Shown piece after piece: positions 36,733-48,600 of a stretch of 64,000 nt of DNA. The position numbers were made by a program, and so were the translations under genes. The DNA comes from Phaeosaccion multiseriatum (taxonomy: Eukaryota; Protista; Ochrophyta, other classes), in NCBI GenBank assembly GCA_965112735.1, contig OZ218950.1, forward strand, positions 2,604,001 to 2,668,000, given 5' to 3'. The notes beneath the pieces are model-generated. The model was given only the letters and a program-made list of their open reading frames with translations. It searched no databases and was not told the origin of the DNA. How positions within the stretch are numbered: the stretch's first letter is position 1; every line of letters starts with the position of its first letter.

Positions 36733-37482
36733 ATGACGTATGCACCGGGTCTACCACGTGGATATATCCCTCTCCTTCCTTCTCCTTCCCTTCCTCCTCG
36801 TGCTCCTCCTCCTCCTCCTCGTTGTCGTCGTCGTCATCGTCGTCGCTCACAGACGCTTCGTGAGACGCGTCCTTCGTCTCCACCGCTGCCACCGCACTCT
36901 GTCCACCACCCTCACCGACTGCTGCTTGCTGCTGCTGCTGTATCACCAACTGCTGTAGCAGCAGAGCGCCCATCTCTGCTGGCCTCCTCCGTGCATCCTG
37001 TGATGCACTCCCCTCCTCCCTCTGTTTCCCTTCTTCCGACCCTACTATCACCCTAACCGTAACCCCCACCCCCTTTCCAACCCTCCCTACCTATCTATCT
37101 ACCTATCTATCTACCTATCTATCTACCCATCCTTTCTGTCCACCTGTCCATCTATCTATCTGCCCATCCATCTATCTATCCATCCATCCATCCGTCGTTC
37201 TATGTGTCTATCCATCCATCCATCCATCCATCCACCCACCAATCTCTGTCTATCTATCCATCCATCCATCCATCCATCCATCCAAAGGTGTTGGGTCACT
37301 TCAAGACTATCTCCATCCTCGTCCTCGGTTTCTTATTCTTCAACGCCCACCCCACGTTCAAGGCCGTGGTGGGAATTGTGATTGCCATGGGGGGGGTGAT
37401 TATGTACTCCGAAGCCAAGAGGGCAGCCCAGCCACAAGCAGTCACCTCTAAGCATGTTACACACACCAAAACGGCCGTGTGA
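35541..37482 (+). CDS. Nucleotide-sugar / triose-phosphate transporter family protein (SLC35E3/UXT-like), about 309 aa
   Basis: [43 protein letters not shown] and GKTGPITYQ|[11 protein letters not shown]. Exons: 35541-35747, 35858-36079, 36377-36682, 37288-37482. Confidence 0.92.
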
Positions 37483-37786
37483 AGCACGCAAGGAAGGATG
37501 GAAGGAGGAAGGGAAGGATGGATGGATGGAAGGAAGGAAGGAAGGGGGGAGCATGTGAAGAGGGCTGACTGGCTGGGGGGGGAAGGGAGGGAGGGGCCTG
37601 GCACACCTTCTTTCCTTCCTTCCTTTCTGTCTCTCTCTTCTTCCTTCCATCCTTTCTTTCCCCTCTCCAGTGGATGTTGGGGAAACTCGAGGGCCGATCC
37701 GTACATAGCGATTGAATTGTGTAGGGCTTTCCCGCTCTCCTTCGGCTTGCTTTATGCCCTCTCTCTCTCTATCACTCTGTCGGCAA

Positions 37787-37830
37787 GGAGGAGGATTCCA
37801 TGAGGAGGATTCCGTGAGGAGGATTCCATT
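37787..37830. repeat. 14-bp tandem repeat (GAGGAGGATTCCRT), three copies
   Basis: gaggaggattccat gaggaggattccgt gaggaggattccat, downstream of the transporter gene. Confidence 0.85.
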
Positions 37831-38628
37831 GCGACGGGAGATGGAAGCATCAGATGACGGCCCCGCCGCCCACACGCACGCCTATTCAAGGTGAAGGAAA
37901 GTGAAGGAGTGAGAGAGACCGTGCGTGAGTGCTCATATCCTGACCCCTGTGCTATCACCGTGGGGAATGACTACGCCTGGCCGCCGTCCCCAGTATGGTG
38001 ACTGACTGACTGACTGACTTGACTGACTGGCTGACTGGCAGAGAAAGTGAGAGTGCGTCGTGCGGGTGTGGGTGGGTGGGTGGGTGGGTGGGTGACGAAG
38101 GCGGATGGCGGGAGAGAGAGAGAGAGAGAGAGAGGCATTGATATCGAAAGGGAGCGGAACGAAGGAGGAAGAAGATAGTATATTGGATATTGGGGGTTCA
38201 GAAAATGGGTGTCCACGGGTCCTCGAAAGACTCTACGGCTCCACTCTCAGAGGGAAGTGCCTCTTCTTTCAAAGGAGAACCGTACTTGAGTATGACATAT
38301 ACGAGGGAAAGCTTCTCGCTTGTTTCGCAGCGGTTTTAGTAGCAGATTTTAAAATAACAATGTATTGTTATTGTATTGTATCATTTCCCTATATATATTT
38401 TAGTAATGTCACGGGGGAGGAGAGAGAGATCAAGTTTTACCTTCCTCGTTCGTCTCTTGCCCATGCACACACACACACGGCCGTTTCCTTTCCCTCAGCC
38501 CTCTTTATCTGTATACACACTCTACACCTACGTATTCCTTCTTCTCCCCTGGCCTCTCCTCTTGTAAGTAAAGCAAGAGCCCACATTCTTGGTTAATGAA
38601 CTAACAAAAACACACACCACACACCACA

Positions 38629-41600
38629 TCACACAGCAGCAGAGGCGCCACAAGAGGCAGACGCCGCCGAGGTGGCGGAGTCGTCTGACTGGTTGAGACA
38701 CACAATCACACAACTGCAATTGTCACCGGAGGAGAAACCTACCGCCTTTAAACTCAGCTCTCGACTGGCTCGCTGCACGTCGCGGTGCACCCTCAGTCTC
38801 CTCGAAACGAAATTCACCACCTCCTGACTGGTCAGCACATCAAAGATGCCGTCGCACGCCAACACGAGAAAGTCGTCCTCCGGCGTCACCTCGATGCAGT
38901 GCGTATCAGGCTTGGCAATGAGCTGTTGATTGTCCCACAGGTTGGCCCCTTCTTCAAGTGGATAGTTCTTGAAGTTGACGTCGCCAAAGGCCCGCGTCAG
39001 GGAGAGGATGCCGTTGAGTCTATCGCGGCTAATGTAGCCCCCTGCTGCTCGGATCCTCTTCCGCTCGTGTTTGAGAGACGGTTTGTGGTCCTGCGTCATG
39101 TCCACCGCCGTTCCTGCACGGCACAGCACCGCTCTGCAGTCGCCAACATTCGCCGTGTACACCCTCACTGCAAGGGAGGGAGAGGTACCTTGAAGCTTCT
39201 GCTGTTGCTGCTGCTGAGACAAAGGATCCAGCGCCGCACCGATCGTCACCTCTACCTCGGCCTCTGCCTGTACCCCTGTCTCTGTCGCGCCTCCGCCTGG
39301 CCCCACGCTTGATCCCGGGCTTGAGTCTGGGCCATGTTCGGCTTCGATGTGTTGGACTTTTGGGAACTCTTCCTCTTCGTGCTCGTGCTCGGCATCATCT
39401 TCGTCGCACGTAGCGAGGGCAGGAGAAGCGAGGGCGGGGGGGAGGGGACAATCCCCCGCCTCACCCCTACACACCACCGCCATGACCGCCGCCGACCCAC
39501 TGAACTTCATGGCACTCGGCAGGCGCGTGTGGCCGTGCTCCTGTTTGAGATTCTCCTTGTGGCGCTCCGCGTGGTTCTTCTTCGCCCTTTCAGCCCTCTC
39601 ATCGTCAATCTCTAAGATCTCAGAGTCCATTTGGTAGCACGTGGCCTCCAGGGCGGCGGGCACGTCGGAGTGGAAACCCTTCTGTCTGGCGAGGCATTTG
39701 TGCAGGTGCTGGTGAAGGTAGTCTGCCACTGCGACCCCGCTGTGACCATCGTACACACCGAAGAAGGCGGCAGGAGCAGGGGCAGGGGCACTGCATAGGT
39801 CAAGGGGAGAGTGGAACTCCTCCTCCTCCTCCTCCTCCTCCTCCTCCTCCTCCTCCTGCTGCTCCTGCCCCTGCTCCGGCTCGTGCTGCTGCTCGTCATC
39901 CTCCAGCTCCAAGTCTTCCATGACTCGAGCAAAGAGGTCCACCTCCTCCTCACCCCCAAGCAGCGCTGCGCCCCCTTCTTTCTCTTTCCCCTTCCCTTCC
40001 CCCTTCCCGGTGCCTGCTCTCTCCTTCTCCCTCTTTCTCTCGGTGCTGCTGCTACCGCCGCTTTTCCCCGAGTGACTACTGGCAGCAGTCTTGGGCAGCT
40101 CGAAGAGGCCCAAGTCAAACAAGTTGCTGCACGCCATCGTACGGTCTTCCATCACTTCCCGTTGACCCTGCTCCCCGGCATGTCCGTACCTCACTCCAAG
40201 GTCGAGGTTCACCTGATTGGCCCAAGGCCGAGCCTGCACCAGCGTTGGTGCACCTTCGGGCACACCTCCTTCATCAGTGGGGTAATGCAGACGGGGCGGG
40301 CGAGACAGGTCCGTCTCCTCCATGTGGTTCATACCGAGCGCGTCGGGGATCACGAGTCCCCATCGGTCCTCATGAATGCTCTCGATATTATCCCACCCGT
40401 CGGAATCATCGCTGCTGCTGCAGTCACTGTCACCATCACCATCACCACCGTTGTCGTAACCCCCTTCCCTATCCCCTTCCCCATCCACAGCATCGTCACC
40501 ATAGGCACTGCCTTCGCCATCGCCTCCCCGCCCTCCGATATGTGCCTTCCCTCTTCCCTTCGCCCCCTCGTCGTTCTCTTCGTCCTCCTCTGCACTTGAG
40601 TACTCATCCTCGCAGTCCACCTCCTCCAAATTGGCAAAGAGAGAGGTGGACGGTGAGGGGTGCGAGCTCAGTGAGTGAGTTCTCTCCTCATGCCCTTCTT
40701 GCTCATCGTCGTCCTCCTCGTCGTTAAGGAAAGCCTGCGCCGAAAGCGCCAGGGAGCTGCGTGTAGTATCAATGCCCTCCTTGCCCTGGCCCTCGCCATT
40801 GCCCTTGTCCACGTCACCCTCTCTTCCCACTACCACACCGCCCTCAGCCTCCTCGCCCTTGAGTAGCAACTCTTCAGCAACACTCTCCTCCCCCGAGCAT
40901 TTTCCCTCCTCCTCCTCTTCATCATCATCATCGAAGCCTTCTTCCGTAAGGAGGAGGGTAGCACCTTCCCCGAAGTTCCCGCCCTTACCACTCGAACTCG
41001 AGGTCCTAATCAACAACTCCTCCTTGTCCTCCTCCTCCTCCTGCTGCTGCTGAGACTGTCCCCGTTGCCTCCACCCCTCTCCACTACGGCACATACTCCC
41101 ACCGGAAAGATGCCTGTCCACCCTTTTCCCCACCCCAATGGTGTTGCGCCGCATCGAAGCGTCGAATCCCCCACCACTACCACCGCTGCCACCGGAGCTA
41201 CCTGAGTCGGCATGGGACGTCCCCGCGAAGGTCCCGTTCTTGTACAGCCCTCTCCGAGCAACACCACCGCCCGCCATGCCCCCTCTCGGAGAGGGAGAAC
41301 TCGTGCTGTGGTGGTGTCTGTTGGTCGTTGTGGAGGAGCGCAGGAGGCTAAAGGTGGAGTCCTTTGCCTGAAACATGACGGCCTGCTTGCTAATGTTGCC
41401 CTGCTCGTCTCGCGTCAGGGTCATGGGCAAGAGCAGGAAGTCCCTCTTGCGTGCCAGGCCAATTCGCTTGCGCTCGTCTGCCTCTGCATCTCCCACGATG
41501 TTGCGCCCAAAGCTGGCAGTCCTCGCAGAATAGCCATTAGCACTAGCAGCGCTGCTACCCTTAGCAGTTGGTGGTACATCCGTGCTCCCTGTCGTATTGG

Positions 41601-42632
41601 AGCGCGCCCGGGATGCCGCCTGCTGTTCTCCCCCTTCTGCCGCCGTCGGAGCATCTCCACTCCACCCCAATGGCGCAGCAGTTGGTGATACAGAAGGAGC
41701 AGCACCGAAGGAGGGCGACGTCGTCTGCGAGGATCGCACACTCCAGGAGTGGGACGCCGTGCCCTGCCCCGCCGTGAGCCCCCCTCGTCCATCCTCATGC
41801 CCGTCGCATCTACCTTCCCTCCCGCTGACAACATTGTTCTCACTCCTCGCTCGCCGTGGTATCGTAGCTCCCATGGAGTAAATCATGCGAGACCCTCCCC
41901 CCCGTTGGCTTCCTTGTGAGTGGTACTGCTGCTGGTGGAAGGCCGCGCTGCCAGTGCCACTCTTGCTTCTACCGCCAAGCCCTGCACCTCTTCCTCCTCC
42001 TTCTCCAAGGAGCTCACCCATGGGCCCGAGGCCTGCTCCTGGACTGGACGACCGACTGGGGCTAGAGCTGCTGCATGTGCTGCTCGTCACCACCGAGCCG
42101 GAGCTAGTGAAGCGAGTCAGAGTGTGGGGATCTCTCGTCGTCAGGTAGATGGTTGTCCCTCCCCCTCCTCCTCCTCCTCCTCCTCCTCCTCCAGCTCCGG
42201 TCCCGCTGCTGCTGACGCTCTGAGAGTCAGCCTCTCCCTGCTGAGATGAGTGGTCGCTATAGCTCCCCTCTCGGATGCTGCTCGAAGGAGTACACGATGC
42301 AGCATCCCCATCCAGCCCTGCTCCTCCTCCTCCTCCGCCGCCGCCGCCGCTAAAACCGCTGGAGAAAGAGGTATCACATTCAATCGTGACCTCCGTGGCG
42401 TCGCAGATGTGACTACTGAAGGCGAGCGCTTTGTTATCCACCATTTTTTGTACCGTCGCAGCGCTGAGAGTGGCGTGCGATGTTGCCATGTCCTTGACCC
42501 TCGCTGCTTGCTGCATGCGAAGGTTGCGAGGAGACTGCATAAAGCCGCCGTAGCTGCCGCCGCCGCCACCCCCAGTTGAAAAAGCAGCAGCACCAGCAGC
42601 AGCACTGTTGCTGCAGGTGCCTCCTCCTCCTC

Positions 42633-42667
<35 letters not shown>

Positions 42668-45600
42668 GCCTCGGCTAGTGCCTGTTGGGCTTGCTGGTAT
42701 GAGGCGGGTGAGGGGCTCGGGTTGGTGAGGTGGCGGCGGTGATGCGGGCTTGAGTTCTTCATCGGCCGCCGCGGGGAGGGGGACGGACAGGTGCTACCAA
42801 AGGCCCCACCTCCAGGACCAGAGTCGGATAAGCCGTAGAAGCTGTTGCTGCCGCAGCTGCTGCCGCTCGCACTACCCATGCCACTGCTGGCGCCGCCGCC
42901 GCCGCCGCCCCAGCCATAGGACAAGTTGCCAATGCTGTTGTTGCTCATGGTGCTACTGTTGTTGCTCATGGTGCTACTGTTCCGCTGTAACGGCGCTGGA
43001 AGTTGCATCTGGCTGACGTCCATTGGGCGAACGGGGGTGGAAGGAGACGCCGCCACAAAGCCGCGAGAAGGCATAGTGCGCCAGCCCGACGATGATCCCG
43101 GTGTGGGTGTCAGGGGAGGTAGGCCGGAACAAGAAGGCGAGGAGCAGTATTCAGAACCGCTATCCCCCATAGACGCTGCCCCGCCCCCTGCTCTGCTGCT
43201 GTTGTCCACTGTGCTCTCAGGGCTTCCCACCTCTCCAAAGAAACGCGACGAGCCGCCGAGGCGATCACTGCCCCTGCCTCCTCCACTTGCTCCACTCTTC
43301 GCACTGACACCACTGGCGCCACTTTTGCTCCCTCCTGCGTGGGTACGATGTGTGCAGCATCCTCCTCCTCCGTCTCCTTCGCCATCCACAGAAACACCAC
43401 CTCTGCTGCCACCACCACTGCCAACACTTTGAGTGCAACTGCCAGTGCTATTACAGTAGCCGCAACCCCTGGGCGAGCAGGAAGAAGCTCCGACCTGCAA
43501 AGACGACCCCATCTTGCCTGCATGGGCGTGGAGGTGAGGGCTGACGGCCGGGGTGGAAAAGCCCGACCGCGATCCCACCCCTCCTCCTCCTCCTCCTCCT
43601 CCTCCTCCTCCTCCTCCTGAGGAATGGGTGGGAGTACTCGATCTCGACTCGCCATACGTGCTGCTCCCTCCACCCTCCGTTCCCGTGCTACTCCCCCCCG
43701 GGCTCTCCCCACCCGCCCACCCCCTGCATAGACTGCCATCCAGACACATGGTGGCTGGCGAGGCAGGAAACATAGTCAGCGCGTCCTGTAAATCGCCATC
43801 TGTGAGTGTCTCGGGTCCCCCCACATCCTCTTCATCCGCATCGTCGCCAGTGCCTGTGAGCGGGTCTGGGGGATTACTGCCCTCCATCGTTACCCAGGGG
43901 TGCTTGATCACTTCCTGTAAGGTGAGACGCAGGGCCGGATCCTTTTCCAAGAGGCGTTTCAGAAGATTCTTGAGGTAGGTCCACATGGCGATGTCTCCTT
44001 TGTCTGGTTCCGAGTTGGTGTTGTCGAATGCAAATGTTACTTCGATATGCTGTCGTTTGTGTTGTGTGCGGGTGGTAGGAGGAGAGGGAAGGAGGGAAAG
44101 AGGGAGGGAAGAGGGAGGAGAGCAACGATAGCAGCAGGTGTCAGGACACACACACAGAGGTATCAGGTGAGACATGCAACATACACGATGGTAACTGTGT
44201 CAGGTGTAGATAGCAACAGCAACAACACCAACAACAACAACAACAACAACAACAACACCAGCAACAACAACAGCAACAACAACAACTACAAAAAACAACA
44301 ACAACAACAACAAAACAACAACAACAGCAACAACAACTACAACACCACCAACACCAACAACAACTACAACAGCAAACAACTACAACACCAACAAAAACAA
44401 CAACAAGAACAAGAACAAGACCAACATCAACAACACGAGCGCCCACTGACCTGTATCATGTACTCCAACTCCGCCTGCCTGCCCCCTTCCGCCCAAAAGG
44501 GGAGGCGTCCAAAGTACATCTGATGAAGCGTCACCCCCAACGCCCACACGTCAGATGGAGGCCCAACTTGCTTACTGGCTCCCTCCCGGAACAACTCAGG
44601 TGCCATGAAGGCTGGCGTACCAATGAGCCGGTAGTCCACAGAGGCCTTCCTCTTCTTCTTCGGCTTCTGCTGGCCCCCTGCTTCGTGGTCGCTGCTGCTA
44701 CTGCTACTGCTACTGCTGCTGCTGGTGCTGGTGGTGGTGGGGGTCAAGCGCCCTGCTGCTGCTATAGCCGTATGCCCAACAGCCGCTTCCTCGTCCACAA
44801 GCACTGCTGCGCCAAAGTCCGCAATTTTGACCTTATTCGTCTTGTCAAGCAGAAGGTTGGCCGGCTTGATGTCGCCGTGAATCACCCTGTGCTTGTGCAG
44901 GTAGTGCAACCCCCTCACGCAGTCGATGAAGTACCTGCGGCACAAGTTTGAGTCCAGAGGCTCCAGGATGTTGGACCCCTCCTGTGAGTGGGCAGTAAGT
45001 CAGTGGGAGGGGGTGCGGTGAGTGTGGGTGGGTGGGTGGGTGGGTGGGTCGTAGGAGGCGGGGGGGAAACGAAGAAGAGAGACAGGCGGGTATAGCAAAC
45101 GAGAGGCGGTAGAGAGGTAGTGCCTACTGCGAGACGGACAGGGCCAAACTCAAAGAATGGATAGGCTAGATTCGTTGACATAGTGCAAAAACGCTCGTGG
45201 CATGCGTACGTCAGCGTTCCTCGAAAGAAGAAGAAGGATCCAATCGAATCCGCTGTCTCACCAAGCATCCCATGGCTTTCTACCTTCCTTAGTGTATTTT
45301 TCCTTCTTTTTCCTTCTTCTTCTTCTTTTTCTTCTTCTTCTTCTTCTTCTCCCCCCCCCCCTCCCCCTCTCTCCCTCCCTCCCTCTGTATCACCAACTCC
45401 CTCACCGGCATGATGGGCCCAAACTCCACAAAGTCCTGAATCATGTACATCTGCTGAGCCTTGGGGTCATCAATGACTTCATACAGAGTCACAATGTTGG
45501 GGTGTCGAAGCTTCTTCATGGCTGCTACCTCTCGCCGGAGAGGGTGGTCAAGATGATGCTCTTTGTCCTTGCTCACGCGAAGGCCTTTCTTCCGCTCCAG

Positions 45601-48600
45601 CACCTGCAATGGGTATGAGAGCGAATAGAGAGGAGGAGGGGGGGGAGGGAGGGAGGGAGAGAGAGAGGGGGGGTGGGTGGGTAGGGAGGGCGAGGGAGGG
45701 AGGGAAAGGGGTTTATTATGTAGAGAATGGGGATGAGATGGCAATGGATGGAGGCGCTCTCTAACGTCAGGGGATGGGGTCAGAGCCAAGGCAGAAAGGA
45801 GGGGTAGGGCAGAAGCAGGCTGGGGTGGTCAAGGGGTAGAGGATTCAGTGGGGCAGGGGCTATCGATATGTGGACACATGCAGGGAAACGCCCTGCCCCT
45901 CTCTCTCTACATAAAGCGACACCCCCTCCCATCCTCTCTCTCTCTCTCGTACCTTCATCGCATACTCCACGCCCGTTTCAGTGTGCTTTACTTGGAACAC
46001 CGTTCCGTAGCTTCCCTTGCCGATGGTTCTCATGATCTCGTACTTGTTGATTATCTTCAGGCCGTTCTGCATCCGGCGCCTCACCACCTGCGACGGGGAG
46101 GGAGGAGGGGGAGGAGGGAGGGGGGGGAGGAGGGAGGGGGAGGAGGAGGAGGAGGAGGAGGAGGAGGAGGAGGAGGAGGAGGAGGGGGGGGGGGGGGGGA
46201 GGGGGAGGAGAGGAGAGGAGGGAAAGGACGTGATGAGGGGACACACGTAAGTACATACGTACGTGCAAAACACACGTAGTGCAAGAGCGCCACGGTGACC
46301 CAAAGGATCCTTCTCCCTCCGCTTCTCCCCGTCGTCCTTTTAAGTCCGTCTTCTCCCCTCCTTCCCTGCCATCTACCCCACCTTTTCTACTTCCTTCTCC
46401 CCCCCCCTCTACCCTCTCTGTCCTTCCTCCTTTCCTCTCCCCGCCGCCCCTCCCACCTCACCTGGCTGGTCTCTGTAAAGCTTCCTCGTCTTGTGTTTGA
46501 TCGCTGATGGTGCGCGAGGTGGTTCTGCTGACGGTGTAAGGCACACTGCCCTCCACCAGTAGGGGTAAAGCACTGCTGGGGCGCATGGCACTGGTGCTGT
46601 TGGTTACAGAGTGGGTGATAGGGGCACAGGCTCTTGTCCAGTAGCAAGCCGTCCACGCTGGCAGAGCGAGGCATGGAACTGTCTTCCCCTCCTCCCTCGA
46701 CGCACGTGCCGCATGTGCAGCATGTGTTGGTGTCTACTTTTGGGTGACCACCGCCCCCTCTTTCAGGTGTAACACTCCCTCCCACTCCCCCCTCCCATCC
46801 CCCGCCATGAAGCGGAGACAGGTGTTGGTAGTACATCTGCTGTTGGCGCTGCCTCAGTGCTTCTTCCTGAATGCGCTGGTGGGCTCTCTCCTGTGAGAAG
46901 GGAGGGAGGGAGGGAGGGACGGAGTGAGTGACGGAGGGAGGGAGGGGGGAAGGAAGGGAGGGAGGGGGGAGGGAGGGACGGACGGAGGAAGAAAGGAAGG
47001 AAGGGAGGAAGGAAGGAAGGAAGGAAGGAAGGAAGGATAAGTATCACTCGCCGCCTCTGTCTATGTCAGGCAAGGAAAACCCACACAACCACCACATATC
47101 CCATATACGCATGCACACAATCGCACACTCGCTCACTCACCCATTCACGGGATGCGGTCACACGCTCACTCACCCCCTCACCCACCCACCCACCCACCCA
47201 CCCACCCACCCGCTCACTCACTCACTCACTCACTCACCCACTCACTCACTCACTCACTCACTCACCTTCTTTTCCCTTTGCTCCTTCAGGATCATCCTCA
47301 GAAAAGTAGCCTCTTCAATAATGCGATTGAACTCGTATTCCTGAAGGCAGGCTTTGAAGTCATCCTGAGGGTAGAGTAGAGGCGTATGGGGGTACACAAG
47401 TCGAGAGAGAGAGAGACCGTCAGGGTAGATGAAGACACACACACACGTACGTACGTACGTACGTACGTACATACATACACACATGCGCGCACCCACCCAT
47501 CTACTGCCATCCACCCACCCATCCACTGCCATCCACCTACCGCGGTGATGTACATACAGCTCACAGCGCTGACGGCTCTGACGCTGGCGATTCTGGGCTC
47601 ATTGTAGATGAGGGCTAGCTCGCCGAAGTAGTGCCCCTCAAACATCTCCACCACACATTTCTCCTCGCCATTGGCAGCTCTCTCCAGCACCTGAGGAGCG
47701 ACGAGGTGGGTAGTAAGTCAATGGATTGGTGGATAGGTACGTAGGAGGGTGGTCGGGTTGGTCCGTGGGTAGGTAGGCAGGTCGGACGGTCGGTAGGTAG
47801 GTAGGCAGGTAGGTAGGTAGGAAGGTAGGTAGGTGGGTAGGTAGGTAGACAGGTCGGTCGGTCGATTGGTCGGTAGGAAGGCAGGTAGGTATGTAGGTAG
47901 GTAGGTACGTGGGCAGGTCGGTAGGTACGTAGGTAGGTAGGTAGGTAGGTAGGTAGGTAGGTAGGTAGGTAGGTAGGTAGGTAGGTAGAAGCTTGCCTGC
48001 ATTGCCCTTGCCCCTCCCTGGCATCTTGTCCCTCCCCCCCCCCTCCCCGCCCCCCAATCCTCCTTCCGCTCCCTCCTCCACACACAACCACCCATTCACT
48101 AACTCACCTCGATACTGCCCCGCGTAATCATGTAAAACGCGTCTCCTTTCTCTCCCTGCCTGACAATATAGCTCCCCTTCTCATAGTCCGCAAAGTGTAA
48201 CGTCCGCTGCACCGCCACCAACGATTTCGTCGCCAGCTTGGCAAGTAAGGGCACGTCCTTCATCAAAAGATACATCCTAAAGACGCTCCAAAGGGAGAAG
48301 TGCTCTGCCGAGACACAGATACAGTCAACCACAGAACTTTTGGCCTTGATGGAAGCGCTGCGCTTGCCATGGTCGCTGTTCATCAGCGCCTTCTCCCCAA
48401 AGTACTGCCCCACACCGAGATGGCATACTTCCTTCTCCGTCTCGTCCTTGTCTGCTTCCGCCTTTGGCTCTACTGCCTCTGCTGCAGCGTCTGCTGTATC
48501 ACCATCTGCTGCACCAGAGGGTGTCGCTGGTCTCGTCACTGGTACATCTGCTGCTGCCGCTGCCGCTGCTGCTGCCGCCGCCAGCGCCCTCACCGTAGCC

